Part shown: positions 11,452-24,214 of the stretch, in pieces
How positions within the stretch are numbered: position 1 is the stretch's first letter
Layout of the letters: each line of letters begins with the position of its first letter
Source: Prorocentrum cordatum
Taxonomy: Eukaryota
Assembly: GCA_963575745.1 (NCBI GenBank)
Contig: CAUYUJ010000256.1
Coordinates: 62,001-116,249 of the forward strand
Reading direction: 5' to 3'
Length of the DNA: 54,249 nucleotides
Program-made: the position numbers and the translations under genes
Notes under the pieces: model-generated
Database searches by the model: none
The model's input: the letters and a program-made list of their open reading frames with translations, nothing else
Told to the model about the DNA's origin: nothing

Positions 11452-11616
11452 CCACTTCACCAACACCACCAGCATCACCATCAACACCACAAACATAATG
11501 GACATCATCATCATCAGCATCATCATCATCACCATCATCAGCATCATGATCAGCATCAGCATCAGCATCAGCATCATCATCATCATCATCATCAGCATCA
11601 GCATTATCATCGTCAT

Positions 11617-11665
<49 letters not shown>

Positions 11666-14461
11666 GGCATCATCATCATCATCAGCAGCAGCAGCATCAT
11701 CAGCACCATCATCAGCATCATCGTCATCACCATCATCATCATCAGCAGCATCATCAGCAGCATATCAGCATCAGCAGCATCAGCAGCATCATCAGCAGCT
11801 GCATCGTATTCAGCATCATCGTCAACATCAGCATCATAATCAGCATCACCATCACCATCATTATCATCATCATCATCATCATCATCACCATCGTCGTCGT
11901 CAGCATCATCATCATCAGCATCAACATCAACAGCAGCATCATCATCATCAGCAGCATCAGCATCATGATCCTCAGCAGCAATATGATCAGGAGCAGTGTC
12001 ATCGTCGCAGCAGCATCATGCATCAGCATCGGCTTCGGCATCATCACCATCATCATCGTCGATGTCGTCGTCGTCGCCATCAACGTCAGCAGCATCGTCA
12101 TCAGCATCATCATCAGCAGCATCAGCATCACCATTCGCGTCAGCATCAGCAGCATTACCATAGCCACCATCATCACACATATCAGTGTCGTCGCCAGCAT
12201 AGTCATCGTCATCATCACCAACATGTTCATCAACATCCTCGACGTCGTCATCACCATCAGCATTATCATCACCACCACCATCATCATAATTACCCTCATC
12301 AGCATCGCCATCATCATCAGCATAATCAGCATAATCAGCATCGTCATCATCAGCATCATATCAGCATCATCAGCATCATTATCTGCATCAATGCAATCGT
12401 CATGTTCAAAATCATTATCATCACCATAAACAGCTGCATTGTCATCATCAGCAGCAGCATCATCACCATCATCATAATCAGCATCATCATCATCAGCAGC
12501 ATCATCAGTATCAATACCATTATCGTTGTCGCCAACATCGTCATCAACTTCAATTGACATTATTAGCATCCTGAATTGGAAACGGAAGAGAATGAGGAGG
12601 AATAATAGGAGGAGGTCAAGAGAAGATCGAGAGGGTTGGGGAGTACTACGTCGAATGGATGGAAGTATCGCGGCCCATCAACATACGTATGTATACATAC
12701 AAATCTTTATACATCTATATATGTGTATATATACACACCACGCGTCAGCTAACCCTGCTGAGCCCCCACCCCGCTGGACAACCTTCCCCCCCGCTTTTCC
12801 TCGCTACGCATACCGCGATTCCCAGGATCCTTCCCGGTTTGCGTTCTGAGCAGAATTTCGGCGCGAATCCAGCCGTGGCGACGAGGGCCTCCCAGGAGGC
12901 CCAAAAAGGGCGAAAACAAGAGAAAGGGTAGCCGCATCCATTAGGGGAACAAAAAGTGGCATAAACACAAAAACTCGGAGGTCCGCGCGGATTTCGCGGA
13001 TCGCCGCTGGACCCCCCTCCCTGGCGCGCGGAGCGCGCCAGGGGCGGCGCCGGAGGCACCGCCGGGGGGCACCAGCGCCAATCCGATAAATCCGCGCGGA
13101 CCTCCGAGTTTTTCTGCTCCTGTCAAGGACTGTTCCCCTGAGGCCAGCGCTGGGCTCCCAGGGGAGCTGCTTGGGTGCCACCGGAGCCGCCCCGGCAGTG
13201 CCCTGACCTATCCATATACCTGGTTCTCCTCTGGCTTCCCCCGTCGTGGGGCGTGGTGCGCTTTCCCCTCGCACGGGCGACTGGTCGGAGTCCGCCAGGA
13301 CGAGGGCGGCCAGGAAGACCACCGCGGCCCCGGCCACGGGCGCGCGGCCGGAGGAGCACAGCGCCAGGAGCCTCTTCTCGGGAGCGCCACACGAGGAGGG
13401 GTGTGCCAGCCACGCGAAGGGGGGGTGGGGGGAGGGGGGAGGGCTTCTTAGAAGCACCCCTGCTTCTTAGAAGGCGCGGGCCTTATCTATAGATGGGGAG
13501 GGGTGGAGAGGAGCCCAGGCCTCCGACGCCGTGACTTTTTTTCGCAACGTCGACCCTCAGAGGTCTGGGCCCCTTCCCTGGGACCGGCGTTTCATCCTGC
13601 ACCGTTTCCTGACGGCACCGAGGACCGGCAAGGGCCCCCGGAGGCCGAACATGGCGCGAAAACTCTCCCGCCACGGTCTTCTCGCAACGCGAGGGGGTCT
13701 GGGAGGGGAGGGGAGGGGAGCCCAGAACGACCCCCCTCGCGCCGTCGCAGTCAGAGCACGACGGGCGGCGCACAGCTGTATATGCTCGGACCGCGGCCCT
13801 CGCCGGGCCCAAGGGGCCGTCCACGAAAACGGCTCGGGGTGAAGCCCTGGGTCCCGGGGACTCGAGACCTCGGGGGGGGTCGGCGCCGGCGAACAAGCGG
13901 CACGGCGGCGGGGACCGCTGGGGCTGGGGGGGGAGCGAGAGCGGGGTGGAGGCGGCGCGGGGGGCGGGAAGGGGGGCGGCGGAGGAGGAGGGGGAGGGGA
14001 GGCGGAGGAGGAGGGAGGGCGAGGAGGAGAGGGGGGGAGGAGGGCGGAAGAGGAGGGGGGAGGTTGCGGGGGAGGACGACAGGGGGACGGAGCAGGAGGA
14101 GGAGGAGGAGGAGGAGGAGGAGGGGGGAGGAAGAGGAGAGGCAGGGGGAGGGCGGGGAGGGCGAGGAGGAGAAGGGGGAAGGAGGTCAGGAGAGCAGGAG
14201 AAGGAGCGCGCGTCGCGCGGCAGGGTGGGAGGCGGGTAGGAAGAAGAGAAGGGGGGGATTGGGAGAAAGACGAAGGCTACAAGCCTGGCACTTGGAGCCC
14301 ACCCCACTGCAAACATGGTGAGAAAGTGGGAGCACGAGAGGCGGAAAATGAAGAGAAGGAGGACGATGATATCGAGAAAGACGAGGAGGGAGGAGGAAGC
14401 CAAGGAGCAGGACGAGGAGGAGGAGGAGGAGCCTCTTAGGAACGAGGGACTCCATCGCCAT
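10229..14461 (-). CDS. Putative multi-exon gene, or the 3' part of the gene at 20133-27410; small hydrophobic/membrane protein of unknown function
   Basis: Hand-built exons 14461-14433, 13371-13138 (may contain a short intron), 10602-10538 and 10356-10229 give MAMESLVPKR|LLALCSSGRAPVAGAAVVFLAALVL...WEPSAGLR|QSGLLTAALIAAAGLLGLYNGG|TYNPKVQEECCEGFMAELARVGYD..*. Acceptors are AG|G and GC3 is high, but one junction needs a GG donor. Confidence 0.4.
10853..12570. repeat. (CAT)n/(CAG)n degenerate microsatellite with an internal duplication
   Basis: Unique anchors recur: ACCACTTCACCAACACC...CATAATGGAC at ~10865 and 11451, and GCTGCATCGTATTCAGC at ~11350 and ~11797. Confidence 0.93.
12943..13139. mobile_element. 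197-bp MITE (AGGGGAACA...TGTTCCCCT), copy 1
   Basis: Same length and termini as 39774-39970, with the interior in the opposite orientation. The right TIR is partly diverged. Confidence 0.85.
13523..13702 (+). repeat. Dispersed repeat, also at ~36245-36423 and inverted at ~42640-42705
   Basis: Shared CGTCGACCC.CAGAGGTCTGG, CCCCGGAGGCCGAACATGGCG and CGAGGGGGTCTGGG blocks. Confidence 0.75.
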
Positions 14462-14699
14462 GGGCGCACAGTGCGCGGAGGGGAAGCTTGTCGGGTGTTC
14501 AAACGCTAGGCAGCTAGCAAATAGCCAGTGGGTGTTCAAACTGATTATAGCTGACGGACTTGAGCCCTGCACGGCCGCGGTCGACGATGGACGACGGCCA
14601 GGAATCTGCACGGGTTGTCCTGGCCGAAGGTTCGGACTGGCGGCGAGCGAGGAGGGTGGGAAGTGAGACGGAGGAGGCATTCTCAGAACGCGGCGGTAC

Positions 14700-14838
14700 A
14701 TCTCCGAAGCCCTCGCACCTTCTGGAAAGATGTGTGTGATGTGTGTTCGGGGAAGGCTTAGAAAACTTCTCAGAAGGATGGGGGGACTTCCGAGCCATTC
14801 GAGCCTTCTGAGATGGCCCGCTCCTTCTCACTTCCCCC
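14700..14838 (-). repeat. Dispersed repeat, inverted relative to ~19921-20045
   Basis: GGGGAAGTGAGAAGG.GCGGGCC.TCTCAGAAGGCTCG..GGAAGTCCCCC..CCTTCTGAGAA occurs at both loci on opposite strands. Confidence 0.75.
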
Positions 14839-15714
14839 CGGGCTCGCCGTCCGAGTTCAGGGCACTGCAGAAGGGGACTCTGATGGAACAGGACACTGGC
14901 AAGCCCGAGAAAGCTGCAGCCATGGGCCAAATGAACACATCCGCCCCTCGTTCTCTCCAGCTGGCATCTTCAGCGCCCCGGTGTACAATTCGGGGGGAGC
15001 GAAAGGGGGGGATAGCAAAGGGTAGAGTAGAGCATCAGCCCACGTAGCTGAATTCCCCAGCGCCGGGAGGCGCTCATTTATCGAGGAATGGGCCCGGCTG
15101 CGGGGCCGAAACCAGCTGCATGCAGCAGATTTCGTACCCCCCCCCCTTTCCCTGTCCCCTCCTTCCGTTAGTGGCCCGAGCAGTGCCCTGGCGCCAGGGG
15201 CCGCGGGAGGCGCCCCCAGCTTCCAGGCTTCAGTCCAGGGCCACTTCTGCCAAGAGCCTGGTCTTGTGGACGCCCGAAACGGAAGAGGAAGACACGGGCA
15301 CGATGTCGAACAGCAGAAGTAAAACCGATAGCGGCCGCTTTGGGGCAGGCGGCTTGCTGCCTCAAGTGGACAGGACCCGTGGTGACGCCAGCAGCAAGTC
15401 CTGATCAAGTGGTCGAGAACTGCTGTCAGTCTTCGCACCCTTCCAAAATCAATCAGAATCGAATCGGCAAATGGGATATAATCGAAATGTGCATCATGTC
15501 GGGTTGTATGTAACGGAATCGAAGTCGAATCGGATCGGCTGCGCCAAGATACACAACACCACCATGCAAAAATCGGCCAGCACCATATCGTCGGAATATC
15601 GCGATCGGATCGGCTCGAGCCGGACAACATCCACATCGAATCGGACCGATCGGTTCAAAATGGACCCTAAATTCTTTCCATACCCATGTCGGCCGTATCG
15701 ATAGAGGCCCCCAT

Positions 15715-15922
15715 GATGGGGTCGGAGCAGATGGAGTCGGAGGATCGCGCCGCATCGGCGATACATCGCCGATGCATCGGCGATGCATCGGCGATGCACT
15801 GGCGCTGCATCATCGACGTGGGCGATGCATCGGCGACGTCGACGTGAAGGACATCGGGCTCCACATCGAGCCGCATCGGCGATGCGGCGCTATCCTCCGA
15901 CCCCGTCTACCCCGACCCCATC
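15715..15922. mobile_element. Palindromic MITE-like element with ~43-bp TIRs and internal GCATCGGCGAT repeats
   Basis: Left GATGGGGTCGGAGCAGATGGAGTCGGAGGATCGCGCCGCATCG versus the reverse complement of the right end shows 5 mismatches. Relatives lie at 36654-36751 and ~48860-48990. Confidence 0.8.
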
Positions 15923-16579
15923 TACAAGCCTCGTCGAAAATAATACATTGAAACGCTGTCCAATATCGAAGCGCTCAATAGCTCGGGCACTTGTCAGAAA
16001 TCGCGCTCTTCAATGCCGTGAGGGGTACTGCCGGGCACTTCGGACACCCCTGCTCTCCTGGGCCGACTATACCTCGCGCCAGCACTGCACTAGCGCCGAC
16101 CATGCCAGCACCGAAAACCAAAACCGCCAATGTATGTTCGACGAGTCTTGTAGTAGGCTTATGTTGTTCATATCGTCCTTAAGGACCACATCCCAGAAAT
16201 ACGTTCGAGCGCCCAGAAAAGTATCGAAGCAGTGTCGAACAAGTATCGCCTCCCAGGGCCCGACGCGTGACAATCCTCCAGTTTCGGTACTTCCCTGGTG
16301 CTCGAAATGGTTTCTGGTGGTCAAGAATAAAGTAGGCAGCAACATCAGAATAGGAGGCCTGCAGTGAAGAAAAAGGTCTTCTTATTGTTATGATTAGTAT
16401 GATTGTTGTTATTATTATTATTATTATTAGTATTCCTTTTCTTATTCTTCTTTGGGGTTGGAACATCATAGCAGGGGGCCCAGAACCGCAAGCTGGGTGC
16501 TCCAGCGCCCCGCCGGCACGGCAACACGTGGCGCGCCAGGAGCGAGCGGCCGCCTGCGGGCCGGGCTGCCCCTTGCGCC

Positions 16580-16743
16580 GGGTGCTGCTAGAGGTGCCCC
16601 TGGCCCAAGGTGCCCCCAGCTTCTCGCTGCACGTCTGGGCCCCTGGGGCCCTCTGGGCCTCGTGAGGGGTGCTCCGGAGGCCGTCTGGGCCACCCCGAGA
16701 ACCCTGGGGGCACCTCGGGCCAGGAGCACTTCTAGCAACACCC
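16580..16743. repeat. Inverted repeat with 40-bp arms (16580-16619 and 16704-16743)
   Basis: 36/40 complementary. Confidence 0.85.
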
Positions 16744-16845
16744 TGTTGCGAGGCCCCAGTGGCCAAGAGGCGCCGGCGCCGCTTGCCGAGAGAGGCGAGC
16801 GTTGGGTCGGGCAAGTCCTCCCAGAGGCGGATCTTAAGAACATGC

Positions 16846-18890
16846 TTTTCCCAAGCCTCCTGCGTTGGGTTCTCGTTTTGACTAGAGCACTGCGGTCTCC
16901 ATCCTCCTCCTCTTCCTCCTCCTCCTTCCTCCTCCCCCCCGCCTCCCTTCTCCTCTTTCCCTGGGTGGCTGCGGTCTGCGAATCGGTTGCCACTTTCGAA
17001 GGCTGCTGGGGGGGACCAGCATAATGGGTACCCGCCGCGGACTCAGATTAGACCGGCCATCCCTGTGGGGCTGCGATCCGCGAAACTACCGCCACTTTCG
17101 AGGGCTGCTGGGGAGACCAGCATAGTGAGCACCTACCGCAAACCCAGATTAGGCCTCACCATCCCTGGGGGTCTACGGTCTGCGAAACTGTCACCACTTT
17201 CAAGGGCTGCTGGGGGGACCAACGTAGCGGCTAGCCGCTGCGGACTCGTATTAAATCTCGCCATCCCTGGGGGGGTGCAATCTGCGAAACTGTCGCCACG
17301 TTCGGGGGCTGCTGGGGGGGCCAGCGGGGTGGAACCCACGCAGATTCAAACTAGACCTCGCCATCCGTGGGGGGCCGCGATTTGCGAGATTGTCGCCACT
17401 TTCGAGGGCTGCTGGGGGGGCCAGCGGAGTGGAATCCACGCAGATTCAGATTAGACCTCGTCATCCGTGGGGGGCTGCGATTTGCGAAACTGTCGCCACT
17501 TTCAAGGGCTGCTCGGGGGTTCAACGGAGTGGTGTTCCACGCGGATTCAAATTAAACTTCGCCATCCCTGCGGGGCTGCCATCTTCGAAACTGTCGCCAC
17601 TTTCGAGGGCTGCTGGGGGGGCCAGCGGAGTGACGTCTCACGCAAACTCAAATTCGACCTCGCCATCTCCGGGGGCGCTGTGATCTGCGAAACTGTCACC
17701 ACTGTCGGGGGCTCATGGGGGGTCCAGCGGAGTGACGTCCTACGCGGACTCAGATTACATTTCGCCATCCTTGAGAGGATGTGATCCGCGAAAGTGTCAC
17801 CATTTTCGCAGGCAGCTGGGGGTCCAGCGGAGCGACGTCCCACGCAGATTCATTTCTGACCTCGCCATCTTCGGGGGGCTGCGATCTGCGAAACTGTCGC
17901 CACGTTCGGGGGCTGCTGGGGCCAGCGGAGTGACGTCCTACGACTCAAATTAAACCCCGGCATCCGGGGGGCCGCGATATCCGAAACTGTCGCCACTTTC
18001 AAGGGCTGATGGGGAGGGGGTCCAGCGGAGCGACGTCCCAAGCAGACTCGTATTAGACCTCGCCATCCCTGGGGGGCTGAGATTTGCGAAACTGTCGCCA
18101 CTTTCAAAGGCTGCTGGGGGGTCTAGCGGTGTGACGTCCGACACACACTCTGATTGGACCTCGCCGTCCATATGCGGCTGGGGTATGAGAAATTGTCGCC
18201 ACTTTCGAGGGCTGCTGGGGGGGGCCATCGGAGTGGGGCCCCACGCAGATTCGTACTAGACTTCGCCATCCCTGTGGGGGTGCGATCTGCGAAATTGCAG
18301 CCACGTTCGGGGGCTGCTTGGGGTCCAGCGGAGTGAGGTACCACGCAGACACAAATCAGACCTCGCCATTCCTGTGGGGCTGCGTTTCGCGAAACAGTCG
18401 CCACTTTCGAGGGCTGCTGGGGGGCCAGCGAAATGAGGTCCCAGGCAAACTCGGACTAAACCTCGCCATCCCTGCGGGGCTGCGATTTGCGAAACTGTCG
18501 CCTCTTTCGAGGGCTGCTGGGGGGCTCCAGCGGAGTGACGTCCTACGCGGATTCAAATTCGACCTCGCCATCCCTGGGGGGCCGCGATCCGCGAAACAGT
18601 CGCCACGTTCGAAGGCTGCTGGGGGGTCCACCAGAATGACGTCCTACGAGGATTCAAATTGAACCTCGCCGTCCCTGGGGAGCTGCGAACTGCGAAACTG
18701 CCCCCACTTTCGAGGGCTGCTGGGGGGGCCAGCGGAGTGAGCCCTGGGGGGGGTGCGATCTGCGAAACGGTGGCCATTTTCAAGGGCTGCTGGGGTCCAG
18801 CTGAGTGGTTTCGAACTAGAGCTCGCCATCCCTGTGGGGTACGATATGCGAAACTGTCGTCACTTTCATGGGCTGCTGGGGGGGACCCGC
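16846..18890 (-). repeat. ~101-bp satellite array (about 19 copies, ~16960-18890) with purine-rich linker and conserved terminal module (16846-16893)
   Basis: GCCACTTTCG-like anchor at 16989, 17091, 17193, 17295, 17395, 17495, 17596 and onward. Same architecture as 52315-53760 on the other strand. Confidence 0.93.
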
Positions 18891-20949
18891 GGGGCGCTGT
18901 CGCAAGCCGCCCGCAGACCTGCCGGCGCGCCTTCGACTGCTTAGCTCCCGCACTGCGCAGCGCAGGACGGAAGCATGGAAGCTGGCGGGCGAGCCAGGCA
19001 ACGTTCGTCTCTTGCACTGACAATAGCAAGGCTAATCATTTTGCCGAGGGCCGCGGCGTCATGGCGCAGGCAGCGTTGCATCTTCAACGTACTACCGACG
19101 AAAGCAGCACTCTTCGGTCTCCTCCCGTCAGTTTCGTCGTCGTCCTCTGCCCTCTGCCACCTTCCCTCTGCTGCTGCCGCGCTGACGGTTCGGCCTCTCA
19201 CGCGCCTGTTTCATGCCCTTCGTTCCCGCCTCCATGTCCTCCTCAAGCCTGGGCCTTCGCTCTTCGTCCTTTTGTTGTTGTCCTGTGAATCGTGCCACGT
19301 GGACGCACCTTATGCAGCTTGCGCAACATATAACGGCGCCTGCACAGAAGGACATGTCCGACTCAAGGCGGGAGCTCGAGAGCGTTGTGTGGACCCGGGC
19401 GCGCATCATCGAGGAGCACCGCGCTCCCCGAGGCAAAGAGCTCAGGCTGCGCTGGGCACTTTTACGTCGCGGCGCGGCAGATGCAATCCGCTCGCGCGAG
19501 TAGTAACACCGGGCTACAGAGTCGCGAGTTGGCCCGCGTACAAGAGGGGAAGAGGAGGGAAGAGAGGGCGGCCGCGGAGGAAGGGAACTTGACGCGGGGG
19601 CACTCTTTGGGCACGGGACTGTGCTGGACACGGGTTGGGCACTTTTTGGTCGGCAGCCACTTGGATCCAAGTAGCGGGAGGGCAACGGTGGGACGCAACG
19701 ACACAGGATAAGGCGCGGACAAGACACGGGTTGGACACGGATGGCCAGTTCCGGAGACCCTGACGCCCCGCCCACCCACCCAAAAAATGGCACCTCTAAG
19801 GGACGCATGTTTTGCTCCCGCCGGCCGCGCCGCCCTCGTTTTGCTTCCGCCGGCCCGCCCCCGAGGTTCACTTGCGAGGATGGGGGGGAGGGGGGGGCGG
19901 AAGTTGGCGACGAGCGCGGCGGGGAAGTGAGAAGGGGCGGGCCTTCTCAGAAGGCTCGGAAGTCCCCCAACCTTCTGAGAAATCGCCTAAGCGTTCTTCG
20001 AAGACACGGGAAACCTCTCAAAGGCGCGAGGGCTTCTGAGAAGCACAGACGCCCTCTGTGAAGGCCCTCTCCTTCTCGCTGCCCCCCCCTTCGCTCGCCG
20101 CCGACTTGATGCCCCCGGGGCACGGTCACAGCCCCCAGAGGCCGACGTCGAGGGGAGAAGCCGCGGGCCGACAAGCATCGCATCGTCGGAGGCCTGGGCC
20201 TCCTCCTCCTCCTCCTCCGCCTCCTCCTCTGCCTCCTCCGCTTCCTCATCCACCTCCGCCTCCTCCTCTTCCTCCTCCTTGTCCTCCTCCTCCTCATCAT
20301 CATTATCCTCCTCCTCCTCCTCCTCGTCCTCCTCGCTCCCCGCCGACCGAGGGTTACGGCCACTCCCACCTCAAGGACTTTTCACAAAGGGGCGGCAAGG
20401 CCAGTCGGTCGAGCTGGCGAGACACGTCGTCGCCGTTGGCGAGTCGGTCGGGCGGGCGGGACACGTCGCCGTCGTCATGTCGCCTGCTGGCGCCAAGGAA
20501 GGGTTTGAACACCCACTTCGGACTTTTGAGGTGGGGGGTTCGGCCCCCCCCCGAGGAGGAGGAGGAGGAGGAGGAGGAGGAGGCGGAGGAGGAGGGAGGG
20601 AGGGAGGGAGGAGGGAGGGAGGGAGGGAGGAGGGAGGAGGGAGGAGGAGGAGGAGGAGGAGGAGGAGGAGGAGGAGGAGGAGGAGGAGGAGGAGAAGGAG
20701 GAGGAGGAGGTGGTGCGCGCCGTGAAAACCACCACACGACACACCTCCCCCAACCCCGGCCCGAAGGCCTCAGAATTTGCCACCCCTCCCCACAGGGGGG
20801 GGGGGCTCGGGGAGCACTGAAGAAGCACACGTGGAACCCGCCCCCCGCCCCCCCTTGCCTTTATCCCAGCGTGCTCAGAATGATGCGCCCCATCTCTCTT
20901 CTCTCGCGGCGCGGAGCCCTCTTGAGGTGGAGACCACTTCCCCCCTGGG

Positions 20950-21110
20950 CCAGGAGAGGAATAGACACACACACAGACACAATGAATCGTCGACTTCCAG
21001 GAAAAGATCGGAAAATATGGGAAGTGTGGGGGGGGGTGGAAGACAAAAACCCAGAGAACATAGGACGATATGGGGAATCCTGTTATTTGTGTGGTGTGTT
21101 CCTGGGCTTT
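20950..21110 (+). repeat. Dispersed repeat, inverted relative of 46026-46465
   Basis: Shared CACAGACACAATGAATCGTCGACTT.CAGGAA and TATGGGGA.TCCTGT blocks. Confidence 0.75.
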
Positions 21111-21749
21111 TTGAGATGCGCCAGGCTCGCATCCCGAAGCATGTCTGGACGGCCCCAACGCCTGGTCAGGGCCCTGGCAGGCCGGAGACTACGGTGGGAA
21201 CTGTTGGATGGCGTGTCGCCGCGGCGGCCCCGGCGACACGCTGTGCCTGCCCTGCGGGCAGATGTAGCGCGTCGCTCCCCTCCGCGGAGACGGAGGCAGG
21301 GAGTGGCTCGGGACGCGGACGCTCGGGGGCCAGGGATTGGATTGGGACGCGCAGAGACATCAACTACCACTACGCGTCCCCCTTGGAGGCGCGCGTCTAA
21401 CCCGAACATACAGCATGGCAATCTTGTACTAGATCGTTTTCCGAGCGGTGTGGCCAGAAAGAGCCCGCCGCGACGCATACATCATATGATTTCTCGGTGC
21501 GCGCGTCGCCCCTGGGGGTGCGACGCACACAGAATATCAGTATCTCTGGGCAACGCCGGTGCATGGCGTGCCGCACCGAGCCGCGGTGGGCAAGAACTGG
21601 CGGAGCGACACACGATACCGAAGTTCCCGACCGCATCCCTTGGAGGCGGCCAGGGGGTCTGGTCTGAACTGGCAGGGAGCTCAGAGAATCGGTCAGGAGA
21701 GGCGGAGGACGCCACGTCCGCTCAAAATCGGCCCCCGGACCCCTGCACG

Positions 21750-22102
21750 GAGGAGGAGGAGCAGGAGGAGGAGGAGGAGGAGGAGGAGGAGAGGGGAGGA
21801 GGGAGGAGGGAGGAGAGGAGGGAAGAAGGAGGGGGGAGGAGTAGGGGGGGGGAGGAGGAGGGAGGAGGAGGAGGAGGAGGAGGAGAGGAGGAAGGAGGAG
21901 GAGGGGAGGAGGAGGAGGGAGAGGAGGGAGTGGGGAGGAGGAGGAGGAGAGGAGGGGGGGAGGAGGAGGAGGGGGAGGAGGGGGGGGGAGGAGGAGAGGA
22001 GGAGGAGGAGGGAGGAGGAGGAGGAGGAGGAGGAAGAGGAGGAGGGAGGGAGGAAGAGGAGGAGGAGGAGGAGGAGGAGGAGGAAGAGGAGGAGGAGGAG
22101 GA
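21750..22102. repeat. (GAG)n-rich microsatellite
   Basis: Directly visible. Confidence 0.95.
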
Positions 22103-22284
22103 GCATCCCTGCTCCGTTTCTTGACGGTCCCAGGGCGCGAACACGGCCCCCAGGGACCGAACATGGCACACCGGAAAACACCACACAGACAAAAACTGTC
22201 CGAGCCCACAGCCTCGAACCTCGACCCCGCACCCCTGTCCTGTTGTCGAGAAAACATTCGCGACGAGACAAGGTCCAGATTTCG

Positions 22285-22522
22285 CCGACAGCGACGACGA
22301 CGACAACGACAACGATGACGACGGCGCCGACGACGACGACAACGGCGCCGACGACGACAAGAACGACGCCGACGCCGATGCCGACGCCGACGACAACGAG
22401 GATTACGCCACCGACGCCGACAACGACGAGGACGTCGACGCCGACGACGACGATGACGACGACGCCGACGACGACGACACCGACGACGACAATTACGCCG
22501 CCGACGACGACGACGACGACGA

Positions 22523-22553
<31 letters not shown>

Positions 22554-22837
22554 CGACGACGACGACGCCGACGACGCCGACGACGACGACGACGACGACG
22601 ACGCAGACGCCGACGCAGACGCCGACGACGACGCCGACGACGACGACGACGCCGATTACGCCGACGACGCCGACGCCGACGACGACGACGGCGACGACGA
22701 CAAGGACGACGACGACGCCGACGACGACGACGACAACGACGACGATGGAACAACGCCGCAAACGACGACGACGACGCCGACGCCGATTACGCCGACAACG
22801 ACGACGCCGATTACGCCGACGACGCCGACGCCGACGC

Positions 22838-22868
<31 letters not shown>

Positions 22869-22962
22869 AAGGACGACGACGACGCCGACTCCGACGCCGA
22901 CGATGACGCCGACGCAGACGCCGACGCCGACGCCGACGCCGACGTCGCCGACGCCGACGTCA

Positions 22963-22994
<32 letters not shown>

Positions 22995-23164
22995 ACCGAC
23001 AACGACGACGACGAACGACGACGCCGACGCCGACGCCGACGGCCGACGCCAACGCCGACGCCGACGCCGATGCCGACACCGACACCGACGAACACGACGA
23101 CAACGACGACGACGACGATGACGACGACGCCGACGACGACGACGACGACGACGACGCCGACGCT

Positions 23165-23203
<39 letters not shown>

Positions 23204-23398
23204 AACGACGATGCCGACAACGACGACGCCGACGAACACGATGAACACGACGACGACGCCGACGCCGACGTTGACGCCGACGCCAGCGCCGACGACGACG
23301 ACGACGACGCCGACGCCGACGCATACGCCGACGCCGACGCCGACGCCGACGCCGCCGCCGACGCCGCCGCCGCCGACGACGACGACGACGACGACGCA

Positions 23399-23441
<43 letters not shown>

Positions 23442-23445
23442 CCAC

Positions 23446-23489
<44 letters not shown>

Positions 23490-23515
23490 ACGACGATGAC
23501 GACGACGACCACGAC
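22285..23515. repeat. (GAC)n/(GACGCC)n compound microsatellite
   Basis: Directly visible. Confidence 0.95.
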
Positions 23516-24214
23516 TGTCCGCCCCGCCCAATCGGCTGGTCCTGAACGGGACGGCCGCTTCCACGCCGCTGGCGACCGCCGCGGGGTTGATGACCGGCGC
23601 ACCCTCGGGCGCGCCTCTGCAGCGTGGTACAGGGAGAAGAAAGATAACGAGGTCCTTCTCCGCCTCCGTCCTCCGTCCTCCGTCCTCCGTCCTCCGTCCT
23701 CCTCCTCCTCCTCCTCCTCCTCGCCCCGCAACTTGTTGCATCACAGGCGTCACCCACCAGGGTCGCAAGCGTTCCAGTCCAGTCCAGTCTAATCAAGTCC
23801 AGTCCAGTCCAGTCCAGTCCTCCTCCTCTTCCTTCTCCGCCCGCCCGCCCTCCCGCCCGCCCTCCCTCCCTCCCTCTCCTCCCTCCCTCCCTCCCTCCCT
23901 CCCTCTCGCCCTCCTTACCTCCCCCTCGTCCTCTCCCTCTCCCTCTCGGGCCTCTCCGTCTTCCGTCTTCCGTCCTTCGTCCTCCCTCCTCCGTCCATCC
24001 TCCATCCTCCCTCCTCCCCCTTTCCTCCTACCCATCTTCCCTCCTCCTTCCCCCCTCCTTCCTCCGACCCCTCCTCCACAATTACACCATCTGAATACTA
24101 CTCTCCTCTCTCCTTTGATGACGTCTGAAAGATATCTGGCCCCCTCCGTGTACTGTTTGTTTACACGCCATATTCCCAGGAAACGGGTTGTCGCTTGAGC
24201 TTGTGTTCAACATG

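Noticed and set aside
10585..12569. Long poly-Ile/His/Met/Ser ORFs
   Set aside because: These are translations of the (CAT)n microsatellite, open in several frames.
14850..15404. Plus-strand exons (..LVLWTPETEEEDTG..*)
   Set aside because: Equally readable as minus-strand exons linking two gene models; strand and frame are unresolved.
21397..23796. Mucin-like Thr/Pro/Asp-rich ORFs
   Set aside because: (GAC)n/(GACGCC)n is open in most frames on both strands; treated as an intronic microsatellite.
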